A stretch of DNA of 64,000 nucleotides from an uncultured Acidimicrobiales bacterium (GTDB taxonomy: Bacteria > Actinomycetota > Acidimicrobiia > Acidimicrobiales > DATKAS01): the NCBI GenBank assembly GCA_963726695.1, contig CAVSDE010000002.1:2003-66002 (forward strand). Reading direction: 5' to 3'. Below are positions 18,803 to 29,050 of the stretch, in pieces. Within the stretch, counting starts at the first letter, position 1, and every line of letters starts with the position of its first letter. A program made the position numbers and the translations under genes. The notes below the pieces were generated by a model. It did not search any database. It saw only the letters and a program-made list of their open reading frames with translations, and was not told where the DNA came from.

Positions 18803-20377
18803 GTGAACAACCTGGACGAGGTTGTCGAGGCTCTTCGCCCCGTCGCGCACTTGCTGCCGACGCGCATCTTCGTCACGGACCCGAGAGGTGGCTACGTCTG
18901 GGGAAGTGTCGTCCCGTCCGAGGTGGCGGAGATCACCGCCGCCGGACCTCTCGCGACATCTGACCATCGAATGGCCCAGCCCGACGGTCCCGCGCGATGG
19001 ATGCGGTGCGCCACCGAGGCGCTCACCGACGACCAGGGCACGTTGATCGGCCACCTGAGCTCACTCACGGACATCTCCGACCGCGTGGCGAGCGAGACAC
19101 GCTTCCGCCAGATCGCAGAGCACACGACGGACACGGTCGTGCGAGTGGACCGCGCCGGCAAGGTGACCTACATCTCGCGGGCCGCCGAGCTGCTCGGCTA
19201 CACCTCCGAGGAGCTTGCCGGCATCTCCATGGCCGAGCTCGTCCATCCCGACGACCTCGTGCAATTCGCAGATCGCGACTCGCTCTTCGCCACCGACGAC
19301 ATGCGACAGCGCCGATTTCGCGCCGTCACCCGCAACGGAGAGGCGATCTGGGTCCACGCTCGGAGCCAGAGGGCGTTCGATCCCGAGACCGGCGAGGCGA
19401 ACGAGATCCAGTCGTCGGTCCGCGAGATCACCCATGAGATCGCCGCCGAGGAGGCGCTGCGCGAAAGCGAGGAGCGTTTCAGGTGCCTCGCGGAGGCCAC
19501 GACTGACGGGGTCTGCATCAGTGAGGACGGCGTCGTCGTCAGCGCGAACGCCGCGTTCGCGACGATGTTCGGCTTCGAACCCGACGCCCTGTCAGGGCTG
19601 CCGATCGAGATGTTCGTCGCGCCCGAGCTGCACTCGAGGCTCGTCGCCCGCCTGGCGTCGCCCGCCTCTGCCCCCGGCGAGTTCATCGGTCTGCGACGGG
19701 ACGGCACTCGATTCGAAGGTACCGCGACCGGACGAAACGTCTCCTTCCAGGGTCGCCCCGTCCGGGTGACGACGATCACCGATCTCACGGTCATGAAGCG
19801 GACAGTCGCGCTCGAGGAGCGCAGGCGTGTCGCCCGCGACCTCCACGACGGGCTCGCTCACGAGCTGGCGTTCATCGCCACGAAGACACGGGCTGCGACG
19901 CGCACGTCGACCGACGGGGAAGCCCTGCGCCAGATCGCGAACGCGGCCGAACGCGCTCTCGACGAGGCGCGCCGTGCCATCACGCTCCTGTCGTCCGCGG
20001 TTCCCGAGCGCCTCGACGTCGCGGTCGCGCAGACCGCCGAGGATCTGGGGAGCCGTCACCAGATGGCGGTGTCACTCGACCTCAGCCCTCACGTCGTCGT
20101 TCCCGGCGACGTCGCCGAGAACCTGCTTCGGATCCTGCGCGAAGCCATGACAAACGCCGGTCGACACGGACGTGCCAACCGCGTGGCCGTCCGTCTTTGG
20201 CAGAACGGAGATGTGCATCTCGTGGTCGACGACGACGGCTGCGGGTTCATGGAAGAGCAAAGAGAATGTGGCTTCGGCCTCCTCAGCATGGAAGAGCGAG
20301 CGGAGGCGATGGACGGAAGACTGATGGTCGCGTCGTCGCCGGGACGCGGCACATGCGTCGAGGCGGTGATTCCGTGA
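18803..20377 (+). CDS. PAS-domain sensor histidine kinase (HisKA_3 / NarL-partner type)
   Basis: Three PAS-like stretches, then H-box RRVARDLHDGLAHELAFI and ATPase NAGRHG..VVDDDGCGF..GFGLLSM. 524 aa. Confidence 0.9.
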   Translation: MNNLDEVVEALRPVAHLLPTRIFVTDPRGGYVWGSVVPSEVAEITAAGPLATSDHRMAQPDGPARWMRCATEALTDDQGTLIGHLSSLTDISDRVASETRFRQIAEHTTDTVVRVDRAGKVTYISRAAELLGYTSEELAGISMAELVHPDDLVQFADRDSLFATDDMRQRRFRAVTRNGEAIWVHARSQRAFDPETGEANEIQSSVREITHEIAAEEALRESEERFRCLAEATTDGVCISEDGVVVSANAAFATMFGFEPDALSGLPIEMFVAPELHSRLVARLASPASAPGEFIGLRRDGTRFEGTATGRNVSFQGRPVRVTTITDLTVMKRTVALEERRRVARDLHDGLAHELAFIATKTRAATRTSTDGEALRQIANAAERALDEARRAITLLSSAVPERLDVAVAQTAEDLGSRHQMAVSLDLSPHVVVPGDVAENLLRILREAMTNAGRHGRANRVAVRLWQNGDVHLVVDDDGCGFMEEQRECGFGLLSMEERAEAMDGRLMVASSPGRGTCVEAVIP

Positions 20378-21015
20378 ACGTTGCGCGAGTGTTGATCGCT
20401 GACGATCAAGCACGGGCGCGCGCGACAGTACGATCAGCGCTGGATGACGATCCCGCGTTCGAGGTCTGCGGGGAAGCCGCCGACGCGGACGGCGCCGTCG
20501 CGAAGGCGCTGGAACTGACACCGGATGTATGCGTGCTCGACATCAACATGCCCGGAAGCGGCATCGCGGCTGCCGGTCGCATCAGCGCGCTGCTCCCTGA
20601 CACAGCAATCGTCATGCTCACTGTTTCGCGACAGGATTCTGACCTGTTCGACGCGCTCCGAGCCGGTGCCTCGGGCTACCTGTTGAAGGACATCGACCAG
20701 GATCGGTTGGGCCCCGCCATGCAACAGGTGCTGCGCGGCGAAGCAAGCCTGCCCGGCACCCTCGTCACCCGACTCGTCGAGGAGTTCCGCGACAGGGAGG
20801 CCCGGCGCGTACCCCTGCTCGAGCAAGGGGCTGCCCGCCTGACGGGTCGCGAGTGGGACGTCCTGGAGTTGATGCGGGCTGGCTTGACGACCAACGAGAT
20901 GGCGGAGCGACTGTTCGTCTCGCCGACGACCGTCCGGACGCACGTCTCGGCGGTGCTGCGGAAGCTGCGGGTGGACGACCGCGAGGCGGCGGTCCGTTTG
21001 GTGACGCGCCAGTAA
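20374..21015 (+). CDS. NarL/LuxR family response regulator
   Basis: GTG 20374 overlaps the kinase TGA. Receiver domain (VLIADDQ, VCVLDINMPG) plus LuxR HTH (LTGREWDVLELMRAGLTTNEMAERLFVSPTTVRTHV). Confidence 0.9.
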   Translation: MNVARVLIADDQARARATVRSALDDDPAFEVCGEAADADGAVAKALELTPDVCVLDINMPGSGIAAAGRISALLPDTAIVMLTVSRQDSDLFDALRAGASGYLLKDIDQDRLGPAMQQVLRGEASLPGTLVTRLVEEFRDREARRVPLLEQGAARLTGREWDVLELMRAGLTTNEMAERLFVSPTTVRTHVSAVLRKLRVDDREAAVRLVTRQ

Positions 21016-21018
21016 CCA

Positions 21019-21675
21019 TTGCTGTCGAGGGATCTGGACGGTCACGGCCCTCTGTCGCTTACCTTTCGTACCGACAAGAACTGGGTGAAGACATCTCAGA
21101 CCCGCGGCCGCAAGGTCGTCATCACTGCGTCCATCCTCGCTCTCCTCGTCGGACTCCTGAGCGCGACCGCCCTCGGCTTGTTCACCGACACTGATTCGGT
21201 GGGCGCGAACGCGTTCAGCACGGGCAAGATCGACCTCACGGTCGCTCCGGCGTCCGCGCTGGTCACGTTCAACGGGATGCTGCCGGGTGACCAAGTCACT
21301 GCGCCGCTCACTGTGACGAACGCCGCCGGCAGCTCGGCGCTGCGCTACGCGGTCACGTCCACGACGACCGAGAACGTCCTCGCCACGCAGCTACAGCTGA
21401 CCGTGAAGTCCGGGGTGACCACGTGCAGCACCGCCGGATTCGGAGCGACGGGCACCGTGCTCTACACCGGCGCGCTCGGCAACACCGTGCCCCTGGCCAT
21501 CATCGGCAACGTGGCGCAGGGCGCCCAGGGCGGCGATCGACCCCTCGGGGTCGCAGGGTCCGAGGTCCTGTGCTTCAACGTCAGCCTGCCGATCGCGACG
21601 GGCAACGCATTCCAGAGCCTGTCCAGCACGGCGACGTTCACGTTCCAGTCGGAGCAGACGGCGAACAACCCGTGA
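21019..21675 (+). CDS. TasA/camelysin-like exported protein with a SipW-cognate type signal peptide
   Basis: KVVITASILALLVGLLSATALGLFTDTDSVGANAFSTGKIDL, then a Thr/Ala-rich beta-type domain. The likely true start is GTG 21085. Confidence 0.7.
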   Translation: MLSRDLDGHGPLSLTFRTDKNWVKTSQTRGRKVVITASILALLVGLLSATALGLFTDTDSVGANAFSTGKIDLTVAPASALVTFNGMLPGDQVTAPLTVTNAAGSSALRYAVTSTTTENVLATQLQLTVKSGVTTCSTAGFGATGTVLYTGALGNTVPLAIIGNVAQGAQGGDRPLGVAGSEVLCFNVSLPIATGNAFQSLSSTATFTFQSEQTANNP

Positions 21676-22184
21676 GTCGCATCGGTCGCGCCCTGCTCGT
21701 CGGCGCCGCGGCATTCGTCGGGCTGCTGATGGCGTTGCTGTTGGTCGCTCGACCGGTGGGGTACCGCACCATCGTCGTGCACGGCCCGAGCATGGGGAAG
21801 TCCGTGCCGAGCGGCAGTCTCGTCGTCGGTCGGCTCGTCGGGCCGGGCTCGGTGCAGGTCGGCGACATCATCGTCGTGCGCGAGTCAGTCGACGGTGCGC
21901 CGAACACTCCGAAGGTCCACAGAGTCACGTCGATCGTCGAGGACGACGGTCAGACGCTCGTCACGACGAAGGGCGACGCGAACAGCGCCGCTGATCCTGT
22001 GCCGTACGTCCTCTCCTCGCACACCCTCCGCATCGTGACGACCATCCCGTTCGTCGGCCGTCTCGTCCGCTTCGTCGGATCGCCCGTTGGATGGCTGCTG
22101 TTGATCGTCGTCCCCGCGATCTCGTTGTCAGCGGTGTACCTGCAGAGGCTGTGGAGGAAGGACCCCGTCCCCGCGACGGCATGA
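21672..22184 (+). CDS. sipW: Signal peptidase I, archaeal/ER (SipW) type
   Basis: GTG overlaps the upstream TGA. N-terminal TM, GPSMGKSVP serine box, TTKGDANSAADP box and C-terminal TM. 170 aa. Confidence 0.8.
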   Translation: MSRIGRALLVGAAAFVGLLMALLLVARPVGYRTIVVHGPSMGKSVPSGSLVVGRLVGPGSVQVGDIIVVRESVDGAPNTPKVHRVTSIVEDDGQTLVTTKGDANSAADPVPYVLSSHTLRIVTTIPFVGRLVRFVGSPVGWLLLIVVPAISLSAVYLQRLWRKDPVPATA

Positions 22185-23188
22185 AGCGGCTGGGCGCGCT
22201 CTCGGGGATCGTCGCAGCGATCCTCGCGGTGACGGTGGCGATCGCTCAGCCCATCGATGCTCTCGGTCTGTTCACATCGACGCGCACGGTGCCCGCCAAT
22301 GCCTTCACCACGGGTTCGCTCGCCGCGCCCACATCGCTCGCCGCGTCGCCCAGTGGCGCGTCCATCGCGCTCTCCTGGAGCGCCACCGTGAGCGCCTTCG
22401 CCACCGGCTACAAAGTGCTGCGGGCGACGGCGAGCGGCGGGCCGTTCACGGCGATCGGGCAAGTGACGCCCCGCACGACCGTCGCCTATACGGACTCCAC
22501 GGCGACAGCGGGGATCACCTACTACTACGTGGTCCAGGCCTACTACCAGAGCTGGGTCAGCCCCAACAGCAACCAAGCGAGCGCGTCGACGTGCACGATC
22601 GCGCTGATCCAGACGGCGACGGGTGGAGGGAGCGCAGCCTCCTTTTCGGCAACGTTCGCGGCGACTCCGACTGTCGGGAACATGCTCATCGCAGTCGCGG
22701 GCACGCGTATCAACGGGACGATGACTGCCCCCGCGGGCTGGGCGACGGCGATCAACGAGGCAGCGAACCCTGCCCCGCAGGCGGCGATCTTCTACAAGCT
22801 CGCCGGCCCCTCAGAGCCGACGACGGTGACCGTGACGACGGATGCGACCGGCAACGGCAACGGCATCCACCTGTTCGAGTACCGATGCCTGACGACGCTG
22901 GACCAGGTGTCGTCGGACCACGCGTCGAGCAAGGCGGTCGCGTCCGGCTCGGTGACCACGACGCGCCCCTCGTCGCTCATCATCGCCGGACTCGTGGCGA
23001 GACAAGGCTCGGACCTGACCGGTTGGACCAACGGCTTCATGGAGCAGACCGACTTCACGCAGGGCGCCGGCGGTGCGGTCACCGTGTTCGCGGCGGCCGA
23101 CCGCATCGCATCCCCTGGGACTTACTCGACCACCGCGACGAGCGCTCAAGCCGGATTGTGGCGAGGCCAGATCGTCGCGTTCCACTGA
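22181..23188 (+). CDS. Exported protein: SipW-type signal, FN3 domain and an approximately 200 aa unassigned C-terminal domain
   Basis: ATG overlaps the SipW TGA. Signal ..ALGLFTSTRTVPANAFTTGSL. FN3-like SLAASPSGASIALSWSA..GYKVLRA..ITYYYVVQAY. Confidence 0.65.
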   Translation: MKRLGALSGIVAAILAVTVAIAQPIDALGLFTSTRTVPANAFTTGSLAAPTSLAASPSGASIALSWSATVSAFATGYKVLRATASGGPFTAIGQVTPRTTVAYTDSTATAGITYYYVVQAYYQSWVSPNSNQASASTCTIALIQTATGGGSAASFSATFAATPTVGNMLIAVAGTRINGTMTAPAGWATAINEAANPAPQAAIFYKLAGPSEPTTVTVTTDATGNGNGIHLFEYRCLTTLDQVSSDHASSKAVASGSVTTTRPSSLIIAGLVARQGSDLTGWTNGFMEQTDFTQGAGGAVTVFAAADRIASPGTYSTTATSAQAGLWRGQIVAFH

Positions 23189-23204
23189 CGGCTACCTTCG
23201 GGCC

Positions 23205-24761
23205 ATGTACCCGGGAGAACATGCCAAGACGAGGGCAGACGAGCCGGCGCTGATCATGGCGAACAGCGGCGAGGTGGTGACCTTCCGCCAGTTCGAAGCA
23301 GCGGCAAACCGGATGGCCCACCTCTATCGAGCGCAGGGCCTGCAGCGCACGGACCACGTCGCGCTCTTCTTCGAGAACAACCCGCGCATGCTCGAGTGCG
23401 AGGGCGGCGCCGAGCGAACCGGCCTCTACTACACGTGCATCAACTCGTACCTCGCTCCCGACGAGGTGGCCTACATCATCAACGACAGCGAGGCGCGGGT
23501 CGTCGTGACGTCAGCTGGCCAAGCGCGAGGTCGCCATGCAGCTTCCCGCGCTGTGCCCGAAGGTCGAGCGGTGGCTCATGGCCGACATCGACGCCGCCGA
23601 CGCTCCCTTCGAGAGCCTCGCGGAGGCGGCTTCGAAGTTCCCTGACACTCCGGTCGACGACGAGCAGCTGGGCGCAGCGATGCTCTACTCGTCGGGCACG
23701 ACCGGGCAGCCGAAGGGCATCCTGCGACCGCTTCCCGACGCGCATCCGAGCGCTGCGATGCCGGTGATGCAGTTCGTGCAAATGATGTTCCACTTCCGCG
23801 AGGCAAGACCTACCTGTCGCCCGCGCCGCTCTACCACTCTGCGCCGCAGGCGAGCGTGTCGGGCACGATGCGCCTCGGCGGCACCTCGGTGATCATGGAG
23901 CACTTCGATCCCGCGCAGTTCCTCGACCTCGTCGCCGAGCACCGCATCACGCATTCGCAGATGGTGCCGACGATGTTCTCGCGGCTGCTGAAGCTGCCCG
24001 ACGAGGTGCGCGCCGCGGCCGACCTGTCGTCGCTCGAGGTCATCATCCATGCCGCGGCGCCGTGCCCGGTGCCGGTGAAGCAGCAGATGATCGAGTGGTT
24101 CGGCCCGATCATCATCGAGTACTACGGCGCGACCGAGGCGAACGGCTTCACGTTCTGCGACTCGCAGGAGTGGCTCGCCCACCCGGGCACGGTCGGCAAG
24201 TGCATCCTCGGTCGAGCTGCTGATCCTCGACGAGGACGGCAACCCGTGCCCGACGGGCACGCCCGGCACCGTCTGGTTCAAGGGCGCGACCAACTTCGAG
24301 TACTTCAACGACGCCGGACAAGACGGCGGAGTCGCGCAACGAGACCGGCGATGACGAGCACGGTGGGCGACGTCGGGCTACGTCGACGACGACGGCTACC
24401 TCTACCTGACCGACCGCAAGACGCTACATGATCATCTCGGGCGGCGTGAACATCTATCCGCAGGAGACCGAGAACCTGCTCATCACCCATCCGAAGGTGA
24501 TGGACGCCGCGGTGTTCGGCGTGCCCAACGAGGACCTCGGCGAGGAGGTGAAGGCGGTCGTGCAGCCGATCGACGGGCGTCGAGCCCGGTCCCGAGCTCG
24601 AGCGCGAGCTGATCGCGTTCTGCCGCGAGCACCTCGCGCACTTCAAGTGCCCGCGCACGATCGACTTCGAGGCCGAGCTGCCGCGGTTGCCCACCGGCAA
24701 GCTCTACAAGCGGTTGCTGCGCGACCGCTACTGGGAAGGCCACACGACGAGGATCGCGTGA
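23205..24761 (+). pseudogene. Acyl-CoA synthetase (FadD-like), at least 5 frame switches
   Basis: [38 protein letters not shown]-type region, [12 protein letters not shown] and final [12 protein letters not shown] are found across ORFs 23073..23645, 23536..23892, 23856..24431, 24428..25336 and unlisted frames. Confidence 0.8.
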
Positions 24762-24763
24762 TC

Positions 24764-25336
24764 ATGCCTAGCGAAGTCGACGTCGTCGATCAGATGGAGC
24801 GCTCGTTCGCGCTGGCAACGGAGGTGCTGGGCCGAGTCCGTGAGGACCAGTGGGACTCGCCCTCGCCGTGCGAAGGGTGGACGGTCCGCGACGTCGTGAA
24901 CCACATGGTCGGCGGGGCCAAGATCGTGTCGATCGAGCTGTCGGGACACGGCGAGGGCGTGAACTACCACGTGAACCACCTGCGCGGGCTCGATCCGGTC
25001 GACGCGTATCGCGTGGCGGCTGCCGACGCGGTCGCGGTCTTCCGCAACGACCCTGAGCTCGTGGATCGCACGCTGCCGATGCCCTGGGGTCCCGAGACGG
25101 GCGCGACGGTGGCGACCATGTTCATGGGCGATCACTTCGCGCACGCGTGGGATGTTGCGAAGGCGACAGGTCAGAGCACCGACCTCGACCCGGACCTCGC
25201 CGAGAGCCTGATCCCGTTCGCTCGGGAGTACTCCACGCGCCATCGCGGGCCGGGGATGTTCGACGACGAGCAGATCGCCCCGCCCGACGCGACCGCTGCC
25301 GATCGACTCGCCGCGGTGCTCGGTCGCACGGTGTAA
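24764..25336 (+). CDS. DinB/MDMPI-N (TIGR03086-like) family protein
   Basis: [22 protein letters not shown].. and C-terminal [12 protein letters not shown] lies 3 nt after the upstream stop. Confidence 0.7.
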   Translation: MPSEVDVVDQMERSFALATEVLGRVREDQWDSPSPCEGWTVRDVVNHMVGGAKIVSIELSGHGEGVNYHVNHLRGLDPVDAYRVAAADAVAVFRNDPELVDRTLPMPWGPETGATVATMFMGDHFAHAWDVAKATGQSTDLDPDLAESLIPFAREYSTRHRGPGMFDDEQIAPPDATAADRLAAVLGRTV

Positions 25337-25366
25337 GCCGTCGCGGGTGAGACGTCGCGGTGTACT

Positions 25367-26291
25367 TCAGTCGCCTCGGTAGACCGGTCCACCGAGGTAC
25401 TTGAGGCCGGAATCGACTTGGATCGTGACCACGCGGTGGCCCTCTCCGAGACGGCGGGCGAGTGCGATTGCCGCGGTGAGGTTTGCACCAGTGGACGGAC
25501 CGGAGAACAGCCCCTCTTCCCGGGTCGCGCGCCGGGCCATCGCGAACGCGTCCGCAGTCGAGACCGCCATCACCTCGTCGAAGTCAGTGGTGGTCAGGAG
25601 GTCGGGCAAGAAGCCCGTCCCGCCCCCTTCGATTCGATGCGTCCCGGCCGCACCGCCCGACAGCACTGCCGACTCGGCGGGCTCGACGACGACGCGATGC
25701 ATCTCGGTGTGGCGGCTCCGCAACGTCTGGCTCACACCGAGGAAGCATCCTGCGGTGCCGACGTAGAGACTCAGCGCGTCGATGCGACCGGGAAGCTGAG
25801 CGAGGATCTCAGCGCCGAGCTGCCGGTAGCCATCGACCATGTCGGGGTTCGTGAACTGATCGGTCTGGTAGCCGCTGACCTCTGATGCGAGCTCAGCAGC
25901 TCGTGCGCGCATGCGAGGGATCAGCTCCGGAGTGATGCCGTCGGGGCTCGTGAGCACTTCGAGGTGCGCGCCGAACGCCTCCATCGTGCGGAGCTTCTCG
26001 TCGGCGAACGCGTCGGAGGTGACGATGTGCAGCGGGTATCCCTTGACCGCACATACAAAGGCGAGCGAGCTACCCGTGCTGCCGCCGGTGTACTCGACGA
26101 CAGGCTGGCCGGGCTTCAGACGACCGGACCGCTCGGCGCCTTCGATCATGGCGAGAGCCATTCGGTCCTTGTAGGAGCCGGTGGGGTTCGCGGCTCTCGA
26201 GCTTCACCCACACGTCGGCCATGCCCGGCTCCGCGAGGCGCTCGAGCCTCGCGAGCGGCGTGTTGCCGATCGCTCCGAGCATCCCGTCCAC
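25367..26291 (-). CDS. cysK: Cysteine synthase (PLP-dependent, CysK/CysM family), one frameshift near 26185
   Basis: N-terminus GNTPLARL..VWVKLES in ORF 26070..26291 and the remainder (GGSTGSSLAF, GTAGCFLG, GPSTGANL) in ORF 25367..26161. Confidence 0.85.
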
Positions 26292-26308
26292 GCGGCGAGG
26301 CTACGAGG

Positions 26309-27358
26309 TCACCAGCCCGGGTAGCGCTGCCACCACTCGTCCGGCGGGCTTCCCCACTCGTCAGCTGTCGGAGGATCGGTCATCTCGCTGACGAAGTCGT
26401 CGGCGACCGTCTCCACCAGGTCGCGTGCGTCGAGCACGTCGAGCCACCTCGTGGGGATCGCCTCCTCGCCGTGCAACGCCCCGAGGATGTTGCCGCAGAT
26501 CGAGCCCGTCGAGTCGGTGTCCCCCGAGTGGTTCACGGCCGCGAGCACCCCCTGTGCGAGGTCGCCCGCCGCAAGCGCGCAGCTCACCGCGATCGCGAGC
26601 GCTTCCTCGCCCACCCAGCCACCGCCGAGACGCGACTCGATGGTCGATGCGCTGGGCAGCCCGGTGGCCGCGACATCGACCGCGATGACGAGCACGGCAC
26701 GCATCTCCAGCGACGTCAGCTGCATCGCCGCGACGACCGCTTCGCTCAGCGGCGCGCCGTCAAGGACCGCTCGGATGATGACGGCGAGCACCCCTGCTGA
26801 CTGCCAACCGAGGGCATGCCCGTGGGTGAGCGTGGCGATGTCGCAGCCCAGTAGGTAGGTCTCGGGCAACGAGAGGCTCGGACACAGGCCGGCGGGCGCG
26901 GCCCTCATCACTCCCCCGCATCCCTTCGAGTCGTTGATGGGGTCTGTCGTCGTGCCCATCTCGCCGCTCGCAAGCGCGGACAGACAGGTGTTGCCCGGCG
27001 CCTCGCGACAGTGGAGGCGCCGATCGCGCGACGAGCCAACCGTCGAGCTCGCGGTCAATCGATCCCCCCTGCGTGTGGAGCCAGCGCAGATATGCAGAGT
27101 GGACGACGGAAGGTCCGTGCACGATGCCCCGAGTGCGTCCGCGCACGCTCGCGGATGAGTCCTTCGCACGTGAAGAGCGTCATCTGGGTGTCGTCCGTGA
27201 AACGACCGGGCGGCAGGAGCTCGGTGACGCCCACGGCTGCCGTGGAGGCGTTGGATCTCCTCCCACGACATGAACTCGATCGGGGCGCCGAGCGCATCGC
27301 CGGACGCCCCGCCGAGCAGGCAACCGCGGACTCGGTCCGCGAAGTCGACGCCGGTCAC
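26309..27358 (-). pseudogene. ADP-ribosylglycohydrolase (DraG/ARH family), canonical motifs, at least 3 frame switches
   Basis: GGASGDALGAPIEF near the N-terminus and NHSGDTDSTGSICGNILGALHG near the C-terminus. The middle part is spread over ORFs 27055..27297 and 26760..27146. GTG 27358 overlaps the stop of the upstream gene. Confidence 0.8.
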
Positions 27359-28960
27359 TCGTCGTCTGCGAGCTCCTCGGCCTCTTTGCGGCCACCCCAG
27401 AACTGCTCCTTGTCGAGCATCCGCATCCGGGCTGACTTCCCCCGCCACTCACGGGTGGCGCGATTGAGGCCGACGTACGCGGCGGCGACGCTCGAAGCCG
27501 TTGGCTGGAAGTTCGAGGTGCTGCCAGAGGAGAAGCCGAGCGCCCCACCCTCGGCGTAGCTGTCCTGGTTGGCACCGAGGAACACGAACGTCCAGCCGCG
27601 ATCCTGAAGGTCGGAGATGCGGCGGAACAGGCGACCGCGGTCCCAACGACGGCTCGCGTTCTCGTGGCCGTCGGTGAAGACCACGACGAGGTTGTCGGTT
27701 GCTGCGCCTCCGCGAGCTTCGGCGCGGTCGAGGAGCAACGCCGTCGCGTCAAGGAGCGGCGTGGTGCCGCGCGGGACGAACTCGGTGCTCTCCGAGAGGC
27801 ACCACAGAGGCGAGGTCTACGTCGTCGAGCAACACCTCGTGAGGGTCAGTGTCGTCGAACTGCACGAAGGTCACCCTTGCGGCACCCGTGACCGCACGCT
27901 GCTCGGAGAAGAACGCGTTGCATCCGCCCACGACCGCCTCTGAGATCGACGCCATTGAGCCGGATCGATCGAGCAGGAACCAGATGCGGGACTCGCCTTC
28001 GGTCGGCTCGTCGAGAAGGCGACTGACGATGCGCGTGGCGAGCGCGCGCAGGTCGCTCGCGAACTCGACACCAGCCGTCCATCGATTGGGGAGCGCACTC
28101 GCGCCCGACGCCGCCCCTGCGAGCGCGCCCGTGAGCGCCGCGAAGGTGTCGGCATTGCCCGGCACTGACGCTGCCGTCGTGATGGCGCGGACGGGCTCGC
28201 TGGGGAAGGAGCTGACGACGGCGATTGCCGCCGCGACGGTCGACACGGCCTGTTGGTCGAGCGACACGGTCGCGAGCAGCGTGTCGAGATCGAAGGTCGA
28301 GCTCGCGACATCTTCGCCACGGATCATCGATGCGATCGCGGCGGCGGCAATCGTCGCGGCATGAACCGCCTGAGCCGACGCGTGCGTCGTTGCCGCGTCG
28401 AGCCCAGCAAGCACAGGGCGCCGCATCGGGTCGTTCGCGAACACGAGGCCGGCGGCGACGGCGCGGCACAGCGCGCCTTCGCCGAACGACCCGGTTCCCG
28501 CCTCGAACCACGGCAGACCCGCCCGCCGCTGTTCGACCGTCGCGACGATCGCCCTTCCGGGGACGCGCAAGCGACGAGCGTGCGCGACGATGCGATCGCT
28601 GACGATCGGGGGCGCACCCACACCGTTGGTCAGCAGCGCCTCGGCCGAAATGACGAGCTGCTGCACGCCGGCCCGCACCTTGCCGTTCGGACCGTCGAGG
28701 CGCCGGGCCTCGAGCCAATCGGTCGACACAAAGTCGGCCGCGCCGCGCTGACGCTGCTTCTTCTCACCCAGGCGGCCGAGCGCGTTGCCGATCGCAGCGC
28801 CGAGCAACGCGCCGGCGACGCGATCGAGCAGGACCTCGCGGTCCGGCAGGGCCTCGTCGGCAGGGTTGCCGGCAGCAGGGAGCAGACCGCGGCTCTGCAG
28901 GCTCATCATGGCGACCGGGCCCACAGCCAGGTCCAGCTCGGCAAACACGTCGTCGGTCAT
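27355..28960 (-). CDS. Fusion protein: ARH-like domain with substituted metal-site motifs plus a C-terminal vWA domain, one frameshift near 27750
   Basis: ORF 27749..29107 carries the ARH-like part, then MIDAS LLDRSGSM. ORF 27355..27738 continues the vWA domain (VVVFTDGHENAS, FVFLGANQD). GAGGAGG sits 6 nt upstream of ATG 28960. Confidence 0.7.
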
Positions 28961-28977
28961 GCGCATCCTCCTCAGGA

Positions 28978-29017
28978 TCTTGTCGAAATGACTATAGCAG
29001 GTTCTTGTCGTATCGAC
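28978..29017. promoter_or_regulatory. Two 15-bp direct repeats TCTTGTCG(A/T)A(A/T)(T/C)GAC, 25 bp apart, in a divergent intergenic region
   Basis: tcttgtcgaaatgac at 28978-28992 and tcttgtcgtatcgac at 29003-29017, 12 of 15 identical. They lie between the ARH-vWA gene and the Nudix regulator gene. Confidence 0.25.
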
Positions 29018-29050
29018 TCTTTCTAGGTAGCGTCGAGGCGTGACCGGACC

